Assembly: GCA_951406725.2 (NCBI GenBank)
Contig: OX597815.1
Span: forward strand, 18,042,001 to 18,106,000
Direction of reading: 5' to 3'
Origin: Octopus vulgaris
Taxonomy: Eukaryota
Length of the DNA: 64,000 bases
A model generated the notes under the pieces. The model worked only from the letters and a program-made list of their open reading frames with translations. It did no database searches and had not been told where the DNA came from. The position numbers and the translations under genes are program-made. The first letter of the stretch is position 1. Each line of letters starts with the position of its first letter. Positions 52,953 through 64,000 of this stretch are shown here, piece by piece.

Positions 52953-53322
52953 TGCACACACACACACACACACACACTCACACACACATGCACACACACA
53001 TATGTAATGATGTAAGCAAACAAATAAACAAGCTTGGGCTTGATATATAAAATATGTATACATATATACATGCAAATAGATAGAAATAAAGACCGAAAAT
53101 AATCAGACATTGCACGTTCCTGTATGGATATATATAGATATTTATATGTTAACCAAACAGATTTGCACAGAGGACAAAGACGAAGAAAACTAAGGGGAGA
53201 AGGTTTGGCATTACAGGTCCGACAGCTGTTTCTTGAAGCTCAGAATTACGTAACAATGTCGGCAGATGGAATTCACACCAAGTCAAGAATAAGTAACGTG
53301 TAGTGGATGCACATTAACATTG

Positions 53323-53373
<51 letters not shown>

Positions 53374-53376
<3 letters not shown>

Positions 53377-53640
53377 AGAATTCACGAAAAAAACAAAAGA
53401 CGAAGACAGGCGATGTAGAAAAAAAACAGATGTATTAGTATAACGCTCGGGAAGTGAAAAAGTCGTTTACGTTTCGAGCCTATGCTCTTCCACAGAAAGG
53501 TACACAGAAAGAAACAAGGAGAGAAAAAAAATGTGTGTAGTGGCTAACGATCTATCATGGCGACCGCCGGACAGAAGGGTCACACAGGAGAGCGAAGAAG
53601 TAGGGGAGATAACAAAGTAAAAGTGATCCCAAACGAAGAT
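53374..53640 (-). mobile_element. Penelope-like terminal fragment next to (TA)n, with a hammerhead-like motif
   Basis: Minus strand CTTT-CTGTGGA-A-GAGC(ATAG)GCTC-GAAAC-GTA-AACG at 53464-53499. Confidence 0.55.
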
Positions 53641-53712
53641 GCGCGTGTGTGTAAGAGAGTATGTATGTGCGCGTGTGTGTAAGAGAGTATGTATGTGCGC
53701 GTGAAAGAGGGC

Positions 53713-53744
<32 letters not shown>

Positions 53745-54222
53745 TAATGTATGTATGTATGTATCTACGTACGATGATGGAAAGCAGAATTTTTCTTATA
53801 GTATGCTGTTATGCACTTGTGGGATTCTACTGCTGTTTAATAGATGTAGTAATGTTGTGTTCTACTGTTGTTATGTGTTGTGTCATTGTACTGTTGTAGA
53901 GTATTAGGTAGTAATATTGTGCTGTGGTACTGTTGTGTAGTGGCTGTGTTGTGTTGTTATACGCTGTAGCTTTTGCACAATGGTGTTATTTTGGCGTTGT
54001 ACTGTTGTATGGCGATGCTGCTGTGTTGTTATATAGTTCTGTTGTGGTTCAACTATGCTATTGCAATGCTGCATTTTTATGTTGTAGTACTGTACTGTAC
54101 TGTTCTGTTGTTCAGTCGTATAGCAGTGTCTGTTGTGAATGAAGAAAAATTTAGTTCTAAGATTGGTTTTTCTGCAACTACAGTCTTTGTTGCATTTATT
54201 ATGTGTTGTGTTGTATTGTTAA

Positions 54223-54608
54223 GTGGAGGCGCAATGGCCCAGTGGTTAGGGCAGCGGACTCGCGGTCGTAGGATTGCGGTTTCGATTCCCAGACCGGGCG
54301 TTGTGAGTGTTTATTGAGCGAAAACACCTAAAAGCTCCACGAGTCTCCGGCATGGTGGTGATCCCTGCTGTACTCTTTCACCACAACTTTCTCTCACTCT
54401 TACTTCCTGTTTCTGTTGTACCTGTATTTCAAGGGGCCGGCCTTGTCACTCTCTGTGTCACGCTGAATATCCCCGAGAACTATGTTAAGGGTACGCGTGT
54501 CTGTGGAGTGCTCAGCCACTTACACGTTAATTTCACGAGCAGGCTGTTCCGTTGATTCGGACCAACCGGAACCCTCATCGTCGTCGTAACCGACGGAATG
54601 CTTCCATC
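54223..54608 (+). mobile_element. SINE family E (tail type i)
   Basis: 14-bp TSD TGTTGTATTGTTAA. Confidence 0.93.
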
Positions 54609-55550
54609 TGTTGTATTGTTAAACGCTGAAGCCTTTGCCCAATGGTGTTATTTTGGCGTTGTTCTGTTGTATGGTGATGCTGCTGTGTTGTTATACTGTT
54701 CTGTTGTGGTTCAGCTATGCTATTGCTATGCTGCATTTTTATGTTGTAGTACTGTACTGTACTGTTCTGTTGTTCAGTCGTATAGCAGTGTCTGTTGTGA
54801 ATGAAGAAAAATTTAGTTCTAAGATTGGTTTTTCTGCAACTACAGTCTTTGTTGCATTTATTATGTTGACACTGAAGTAGATTTGCTTTAAGCAAACAAC
54901 TGGCAACAGACTGTAAGTAGTCTCGTTTATTATTTCCAACCATCTCCGCTTTTACCTCGTCCTCTTACTTCACAAATGTTTCAATCACAACTAATTTATA
55001 CACCGACCACAAGCCTATATTTGCAGCTATGTCTTCTGGTCACTTGCCAAGTATATCTCAACTGACATTATAGGCTTTTGGGGTTTGTTGTTGTCGTTGT
55101 TGTTGTTGTTGTTTTTATTTCGGTTCGAGGTTTTTGGTTTCTGCTTTATTTTACTTTTGTTATTATTTCCCAACAGGCATTAGTCCTGATGGAGCCATAT
55201 CATTTACACCTGTCACTTAGGCCAATACATTTGCTTCCGGCTACTTCTAAATCCTCACACAGTGACATTAATTACCATCTGCCTGTTATAACATAGCATT
55301 TCTTCTTGAGCTATTGGCTGAAGTAATGTGTAGTGAAACTAGATGTTCAAAACAGCCAAGCCTCTTTCTAGACAAACAAGTCAAACATTATAGACAATAT
55401 AACTAATATTGTTTCGAAATGCTTTGTTCCGCTACGCTAAGCTACTCCAACCTTTATATCATCAGCCTACTAGTTTTCCTGATTCAGAGAAAATTCTGTC
55501 AATATTATTCCAGTACATATAGATATACATACATACATATATATACATAC

Positions 55551-56075
<525 letters not shown>

Positions 56076-56477
56076 TTTATTATTTTTTTTTTTGTGCAAA
56101 CTCTTTCGTTCGGCACACAACGTTTATATATATATATATATATCCACAAACATCCACAGAAGCATTTATGCGTGCTGAACGAATGAAAGAGTACGCAATA
56201 CATGTTATATACTTTATTTAAATTGACCATTAATCCCGCAACTCGAGTCTCATGCCACTGCGACAATCATGCGAATATGGCTACATCTTGATGTCACTGT
56301 TTAACAGTTAGCGTTAGCATGGTTTCTGTCTTGAGTCTCTTTGGCATTTGTCGGCTGTTATTTTCGGGTTTTTTGATTGGCTGATCTGGGGGCTAAAGTG
56401 CAACTAAATCATGGTTACCCTAGAGATGGTAACTATATCAAGAGAGATAATCATTTCTTCATGCTATGAAACAGGAC

Positions 56478-57265
56478 AAGGCAGCGAGCTGGCAGAAACA
56501 TCAGCACGCCGGGCGAAATGCGTAGCCGTATTTCGTCTGCTGTTACGTTCTGAGTTCAAATTCCGCCGAGGTCGACCTTGCCATTCATCTTTTCAGGGTC
56601 GATAAATTAAGTACCAGTTACGCACTGGGGTCGATGTAACCGACTTAATCGGTTTGTCTGTCCTTGTTTGTCCTCTTTGTGTTTAGTCCCTTGTGGGTAG
56701 TAAAGAAATAGGTATTTTGTCTGTCGCTACGTCCTGAGTTCAAATTCCACCGAGGTCGACTTTGCCTTTCATCATTTCGGGGTCGATAAATTAAGTACCA
56801 GTTACGCACTAGGGTCGATGTAATCGACTTAATCCCTTTGTCTGTCCTTGTTTGTCCCCTCTGTGTTTAGCCCCTTGTGGGTAGTAAAGAAATAGGTATT
56901 TTGTCTGTCGCTACGTTCTGAGTTCAAATTCCGCCGAGGTCGACTTTGCCTTTCATCCTTTCGGGGTCGATAAATAAAGTACCAGTTACGCACTAGGGTC
57001 GATGTAATCGACTTTAATCCCTTTGTATGTCCTTGTTTGTCCCTTCTGTGTTTAGCCCATTGTGGGTAGTAAAGAAACAGGTATTTTGTCTGTCGCTACG
57101 TTCTGAGTTCAAATTCCGCCGAGGTCGACTTTGCCTTTCATCCTTTCGGGGTCGATAAATTAAGTACCTGTTACGCATTGGGGTCGATATAATCGACTTA
57201 ATCCGTTTGTCTGTCCTTGTTTGTCCTCTCTGTGTGTAGCCCCTTGTGGGTAGTAAAGAAATAGA
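56478..57265 (+). mobile_element. SINE B tetramer
   Basis: 12-bp TSD TATGAAACAGGA at 56465-56476 and 57266-57277. Confidence 0.93.
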
Positions 57266-57431
57266 TATGAAACAGGATTAGAAATATGAATTTAAAATTA
57301 AGGAATTACGACGATGCATAGAATTTTCTTTACTTATTACAAAGTTCTTACAGTTATATTTCGAGACTCTTGTATTGTTCCATTTACACAGAACCGCTAC
57401 CTAATTGAGGACCATTTCGTATACTGAATCA

Positions 57432-57720
57432 AGTCATCATCATTGTTCGACCGTGGTTGAGACAATGGAATTTATTATGTCACGCCAGACTTCACGGTCC
57501 ATCATCGCATTACGGATGTCCTGTTGCTGGATGCCTGTATCCCTGGAGATTACATCAGGGTAGGAGAGTGTGCGCCCTCTGGCATTGCGAGCAGATGGCT
57601 TCCAGAGGAGAAGAGTAGAAATTACCTCGTTTTTAGCTCTACAACAATGTCCAGCAAACTGGACTCTTCTACCTTTCACAAGAGATGATACAGGTGGTAA
57701 TTTCCCATATATTTGTACTG
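57432..57720 (-). mobile_element. RTE LINE 3' end, same family as 25562
   Basis: KGRRVQFAGHCCRAKNE..AMMDREVWR. Confidence 0.9.
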
Positions 57721-58785
57721 TACCAAGTAGTGCTTCATCTATAGCATCCGTTGTAGTAATCTCTCATTCCTCCACTCTATTTTCTTTTCACGGTAGTAGT
57801 CACTGCGGAGGCGAACAAGGTGAACTCGATCAGGGGTGCGCTCAAGTGCAGTGCTCCGAATACAGATCTTTATCAACCAAACTTCGATATATATAACTAG
57901 TTTTTCTTTTTTCGTTTAGTCTCCACTTGGTTCTGGTTGAGGATATTTTAACGACCCCTAGCCATTACCTTCTCATCTTTTTCTTTTAAACACAGAGTAA
58001 CAAGGACAACGTTATCTAATGTGTTTATACATGTTTAAGTTGGTTTTCTTGATTAAGGAAAATTTAGTTGCTATATCTAGCAGATCATGTTACCACTCTA
58101 TTATTGGTTCTCATTTTCGTTCTCTAATTCACATCTTCCTTCTTTAATTAACAGTGTGATACATCAATATCATTTCTTAATCTTAATGTAAAACTAAAAT
58201 TAAAGTATTGTGATGAGGAGGAGGCACTGGATATTTTATTTTTAAGTGTTTTTCCCCGGAAATATAAAAAATAGAAACGCAACCTTGCTTAATTTAATCA
58301 TGGTAGAATTTGAAGTCGGTTTTGCATATCTTAAGAACTATCCTACATTTATATTATGCTCACATTACTCCTAGCTTTGAGCTTTATCTAATTCTGATAA
58401 CCATACGTAGGTGTCAGGGTTGGGTGGTAAAGAACATAAGAGAGAACGAGAGAGAATTCCGTTTTAAACACGCCATATAGTTGACTAGGGGTTTTTATTA
58501 TTTATATTTTGACAGTTCTTATCCAGGTGACAAAAGAAAATGAAATTTTTTTTTGTACTAAGAAATGAAGTCCTGTCTCTCGTGAGTAGAGGAGAACTGA
58601 GTAAATATATCTTTCACGCCAATCGCAGGTGCCATAGATATGTAAGTGAAATAAACTTGTATCTAGAAATAAACAAAACTGAATCAGGCAAAACAAAGTG
58701 TGGACACAAATATTAGCCCAATTAATTCACTAATAAAAATTATTTATCCACCAAAGCAGTGTTTAGCACTCATTATTGCTGCTTG

Positions 58786-58855
<70 letters not shown>

Positions 58856-59074
58856 GTATGCGGTTCGGCAAAAGAGACCGATAGAATAAGTACTAGGCTT
58901 ACAAAGAATAAGTCCTGGGGTCGATTTGCTCGACTAAAGGCGGTGCTCCAGCATAACCACAGTCAGATGACTGAAACAAGTAAAATAAATAAATAAATAA
59001 ATAAATAAATAAAGAAAGAAAGAAAGAAAGAAATGAAAATGTACATAATTCCTCATCTCTTAAATATAGAACTG

Positions 59075-59875
59075 AATGCAATTATTCTTGTTGAGTCTCT
59101 GGATGTCTTAGGGAGTGCTCGCTTTTCACTAAGTAAGGAAGCAGAACCACATAGCCTTAGAGTTTCTTGGGTCGTGACAAATATCCAGTCTTTCCTTGGT
59201 TTCCTTCGGAACTTCATCTCGCCTGTCTCTGTTGCGGGTGAGAATGGCGAAGGTGTTGAGCGCTTCACTTATCTCGGCAGCCATAGCAGCATTAACTACG
59301 AGTCCGAAGGATCAAAAAGATTTGGGCATACTGGTGCATTTGTGCACTCACTGGACAATAGTATTTGGCGCTTCCAATATCTGAGCGGGAGCACAAATGT
59401 TCGAGTCTTCAGGTCTCTGAGCCTTCCTTCAGGTCTCTGAGCTTTGCAGTTGCAAGACGTGGATACAGTCCATAGCCCTTAGGAGCCGGCTGAACTCCTT
59501 TGGTACTACGAAGCTGCGCAGGATTATGAACTGCTATTGGTCGGATTTCGTATTTAACCAACAACTATTCTAAGGAACTGAGATGCGCCTTGCTAGTTGT
59601 ATAATTCGGAAGTGTCAACTCACACTGTCCGGCCACGTTGTTCGATTTTCCGGGTTGGGTCCTGCGCATTATGTTCCCTTCCTTGGGGATTCGGCTGGGA
59701 TGCCGGCTCGTGTTGGTTGGTCACTCGTCTCATGCTCCCAATAAATGAAATATTTCATGGAGAGGGAAACTAACTGGGACACTACTTGGAGTGTTTCCCG
59801 GAACAACCTGAGCAGATACCGACAAGTAGTTGATGCAGCGATGTTCTGCAACGGCACATGTTCCCATACCTAAAC
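59075..59875 (+). pseudogene. RTE-clade RT, C-terminal half
   Basis: AIILVESLDVL..LRVSW..VERFTYLGS..SLDNSIWRFQYLSGSTNVRVFRSL. Confidence 0.88.
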
Positions 59876-60049
59876 CTGTTCTGTATATTCTTTTGCAGCA
59901 GGGATCAATATATTTACTCCAAAAACCAACGCTCAGAAGTTTACTTAGCCTTTCTACATATTATATTGTTGTGTAGTATTTCTATTAATTCGATGGGAAT
60001 AAACTATAAAAACACGAGGTTTTGAGTGAAATTTTAAGTAAAGTTCTCT

Positions 60050-60269
60050 CGTTACTCTTTTACTCTTTTACTTGTTTCAGTCATTTGAATGTGGCCATGC
60101 TGGAGCACCGCCTTTAGTAGAGCAAATCGACCCCAGGACTTATTCTTTATAAGCCTAGTACATATTCTATCGGTCTCTTTTGCCGAACCGCTAAGTTGCG
60201 GGGACGTAAACACACCAGCATCGGTTGTCAAGCGATGTTGGGGGGACAAACACAGACACACAAACATAT

Positions 60270-60314
<45 letters not shown>

Positions 60315-60468
60315 TACGACGGGCTTCTTTCAGTTTCCGTCTACCAAATCCACTCACAAGGCTTTGGTCGGTCCGAGGCTATAGTAGAAGACTCTTGCCC
60401 AAGTGGGACTGAACCCGGAACCATGTGGTTGGTAAGCAAGCTACTTACCAGACAGCCACTCCTGCGCC
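60050..60468 (-). mobile_element. SINE family A, near full length
   Basis: Head to (GAGTAAAA) tail. Confidence 0.9.
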
Positions 60469-60649
60469 TTCGTTAGTTAATGTAGTTCCGCTGAGACTCT
60501 GAAGAAAATAGAACTATTTGTTGGGGTCTGTTCAATATAGATTAACTTGAGACTAAACAACAATTTTTTCACCACATGGACTTTCGATGCCTTTATCGGA
60601 GTTCTCTCTGTTACAAGATTTCAGAATAGACTCTCCCTGCTCTTGTTTC

Positions 60650-60895
60650 TTTGTCTGTCCTTGTTTGTCCCCTCTATGTTTAGCCCCTTGTAAGTAGTAA
60701 AGAATCAGGTATTTCGTCTGCCGCTACGTTCTGAGTTCAAATTCCGCCGAGGTCGACTTTGCCTTTCATCCTTTCGGGGGTCGATTAAATAAGTACCAGT
60801 TACGCACTGGGGTCGATGTAATTGACTTAATCCCTTTGTCTGTCCTTGTTTGTCCCCTCTATGTTTAGCCCCTTGTAAGTAGTAAAGAAATAGAT
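60650..60895 (+). mobile_element. Headless SINE B multimer fragment
   Basis: Partial body plus full body with the same junction. Confidence 0.85.
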
Positions 60896-62590
60896 ACATA
60901 CCCTGCTCACCTCTTCTGATTAATTTACATAATAAATAAATAAATAAAAAAAATACTAATTCGAAAATTCCGACGTAACGTTTTACAGTATAACTAACTA
61001 TTCTAAGAGAACTTATTGCTGTTAAAGCTCTGCCGGTTTATCTAAGAACTGTGATCAAATATAAAGTAAGTAGAACAGAAAGTGTTCTGTCACCTATATA
61101 TATATCACAGTATCATCAACCAGTGTTGCAAAATAATTTCACTTGCAAAATATCGATCTAAAAACGGAGGGGGAGGAGGAGGGGGGAGAAGGAAGAGGAG
61201 GAAGAGGAGGAGGAGGGGGGAAGAAGAAGAAGAAGAAGAGGAGGAGCAGGAGGAGCATGAGGTGGAGGAGGATTTTCAGCAGCTTAGCTTCTGCCATCTT
61301 ATTTTCTTATTTTTGCCATTATCTTATCTCCTGCGTGCACGATGTTGACTTGAACTAGTTGTGACACTTACGTTCATCCGTATGAAAATGACAACAACCG
61401 TAAAAGAGAAGAAGGAAGGAAGGAAGGGAGAATAGGGAGAAATTGAGAAAAGAAGGCAACAAAAAAAAAAAAACAAAAAACGTATTCATAAATTCACGAT
61501 CTTATATAAATAAAATCAATGAAACTACACACATTTACATATTTTATGAATACAAATATTGGCAAAGGGAGGAAAAAAAATCTATAAAAGTTTGGTAGAA
61601 TTAGAGATAAAATAGAGATTAAATTAGAAAAATGTTTAATCAAACTATGAAAAAAAAATTGATAATTTGAAATGGCAGTCAGATTTCATTTGATTATTAT
61701 TTCAAATTATCCAGTTGGCCTCGGCTAGGGGCAACCTGGATGTAACTCTCCGTTTATTTTTCAATCAAATAGAGTGATGGTTATCACTTCTCAAGTTGTC
61801 ACTTTGTTCTTCGGGGCAGTCAATGATGTTTGAATAACGATCTAATTCGAACATTAATCAGATCGAACAAGAATTGTAACTATACTATAAAGGGGTTGCG
61901 GTTATCATGTAGATAGTGAATCGGTCTGTCGCCTAAAAGATTTCTCAGTTCGTGCCCGCCCCGTTAGTTGTCGCTTTATTTTTACCTTGAACAAGTTACT
62001 CAATCCCGTCTGTTCTATTTATTCGAAGGAAGAAACAATAAGAGGGTTCAGAAAGAAAAACCAGATTCAGCCGGAAGAACACTGATTTAATATATAACAT
62101 GATAAACACAGAAAGATTCCGATTTTTTCGTTGCTTAAAAGAACAGCTGGTTGAATTGGAAGTGTACTCTGATGTTGAAAACACAGGAATTAATCAAATA
62201 TATTTAATAATAACCATATTATTATTAAATATATAGTTAAGGCAGCGGGTTAGCCGACCTTTTAGCACTCCGGAAAAAATGCTTATCTGTATTTCGTCCA
62301 TCTTTACGTTCTGAGTCCAAATTCCGCCGAGATCAACTTTACCTTTCATCATTACGGAGACATAAACACACCAGCATCGGTTGTCAAGTGATGTTGGGGG
62401 GGGGGGACAAACACGGACACAAACATACACACACACATACATATACTTATATACATATATACGACGGGCTTCTTCCAGTTTCCGTCTACCAAATCCACTC
62501 ACAAGGCTTTGGTCGGCCCGAGGCTATAGTAGATGACACTTGCCCAAGGTGCCACGCAGTAGGACTGAACCATACAGCCCCTCCTACGCT

Positions 62591-62738
62591 TACATTATTT
62601 ACATTATTTACAATCGACGGATATTTGTCCTCATCTGATGAAAGCTGGAGGGTATATCAGCCAAAACGTTGTGTTAACAACAAGCAAGATGAGGACAAAT
62701 ATCCGTCAATTGTAAATAATGTAAATAATGTAAATAAC
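62591..62738. mobile_element. Penelope-like inverted terminal structure
   Basis: ~46-bp inverted arms around a mutated hammerhead (CTGATGA..AAAAC). Confidence 0.75.
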
Positions 62739-63150
62739 TGCATTATCACAAAATCTAGGCCAGTAATCCTGGTCTTATCAATGAGCGCTCCACAACTCAG
62801 TCGATCCACCCTCTGGCTATATATCTAGGCCACGCAGGCATTCAACAGAGTGGAAGCCCAACACAACCCTGACGGATCCCAGATCTAACTTGGAAAAAAT
62901 CAGATGTTGAGCCCTCAATCTAAGATGTGCTTATTGTCTCAGAATACTATCTCAGAATACAGCCCAACCAGTCGAACTGGTATACATCGCAGCTCCTGAA
63001 TCCTTCAGAGAGCATCCCTGTCCACTGAGTCTAATGCCGTGTGAAGGTCGACATAAGTTGGAAGCAGTTTCTGTCTGAAACTCGCCTGCGTTCGATGAGT
63101 ATAGAAAGAGCCTTGTCTGCTCCGGCTGCTGAGAGGCAAGCAGATGAAAA
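62739..63150 (-). pseudogene. RTE-clade RT, N-terminal half
   Basis: YVDLHTALDSVDRDAL..FQVRSGIRQGCV..ITGLDF, ending at the degenerate catalytic motif. Confidence 0.88.
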
Positions 63151-63277
63151 AGTATACCGTGGTTAAATTACCAGTCTTCTTTTTAAATTCACGTTGCCAG
63201 TATTTGCATTGTTATGCAAATTAGATAAACCAGTTCAGTTCCCTCCAAGTGTGCGTGTACTACAACAACAATAGCAG

Positions 63278-63640
63278 TGGAGGCGCAATGGCCCAGTGGT
63301 TAGGGCTGCGGACTTGCGGTCGGAGGATAGCGGTTTCGATTCCCAGCGGGCGTTGTGTGTGTTTATTGAGCGAAAACACCTAAAGCTCCACGAGGCTCCG
63401 GCAGGGGATGGTGGCGACCCCTGTTGTACTCTTTCGCTCCAACTTTCTCTCACTCGTTTTTCCTGTTTCTTGTCCCCGACTTCCTACGCAACCGCTGAGC
63501 CTGGATGCGCATTCATCCATCCGTCGATGCTCTCGGTGTCGGAAGTTGACCTGCTTTCTCTTCTGCGAGTCTTACGAATAGCAAAGGACCACGTATCGGA
63601 CTTCTCCCACTGGGACGAAGACCGCTTCGCTCAACAAACA
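63278..63640 (+). mobile_element. SINE family E (tail type iii)
   Basis: Same tRNA-like head, different 3' half; ACAATAGCA on both flanks. Confidence 0.85.
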
Positions 63641-63664
63641 ATAGCAACAACTTAATTATTTCAC

Positions 63665-64000
63665 TGAGAATTTCTTTTACACAATAGGTTTGGAAGAAGA
63701 AGAAATGCCTATAACCTTCACAGGCCCTCCTAGACAGGTAAGAGTGAAGCCATTGATGTTCCTCTTGAACTTTTGGAATTTAACACCTGCAGGAAAGATA
63801 TGAGCAGAAACCCTGAAATATTGTAAAGAAAAGATCGGGTGTAGGATTAGTTCAGATAAGGCCGGATTAGGGGCTGAAATAACAAAAGAGAAAAGGGAAG
63901 GACAGTTGGGGATGGAGGAAAGCCCTAGTAAATGTGGCATAAGCCAAGCCTGCTGTTGTAGTTGTTGTTTCTAAGCAACAAGACGGGCAAGGGTGATTAG
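63665..64000 (-). pseudogene. CR1/Jockey-group LINE 3' end, decayed
   Basis: AHIFPAGVKFQKFKRNIN resembles the WNxLP..FP..L..FK..IN ORF2 terminus. Confidence 0.5.

Noticed and set aside
54223-54300. tRNA gene
   Set aside because: It is a SINE head: no paired acceptor stem, continues into the SINE body and is bounded by a TSD; the same applies at 13225, 21470 and 63278
61082-61358. Gly/Arg/Glu-rich ORF
   Set aside because: (GGA)/(GAA) low-complexity tract with no further support

Overview
AT-rich, repeat-saturated animal genomic DNA. The repeat families and microsatellite load look like an octopus (coleoid cephalopod) genome; this is inferred from pattern recognition, not a database match. 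No intact protein-coding gene is supported. Nearly all listed ORFs are microsatellite or SINE artefacts, and the real protein similarities are transposon relics (RLE/R4-Dong-like LINEs, RTE, CR1-like, Tc1 transposase, Helitron Pif1 helicase). The window holds five SINE-like families (my labels A-E), piggyBac-, mariner- and 8-bp-TSD MITEs, Helitrons, a probable solo LTR and Penelope-like ends. Main observations: (1) a tRNA-headed element with Pol III A/B boxes carrying a minimal hammerhead ribozyme and a Penelope-like tail at 13.2-13.5 kb; (2) a ~3.5-kb inversion (58.86-62.35 kb) reconstructed from three nested elements; (3) SINE multimers bounded by a single TSD; (4) a 5'-inverted RLE LINE; (5) a composite Helitron carrying a 165-bp satellite; (6) an apparent CpG-decay and repeat-content boundary near 33 kb. 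Coordinates were read by eye and may be off by a few bases, more for decayed elements.
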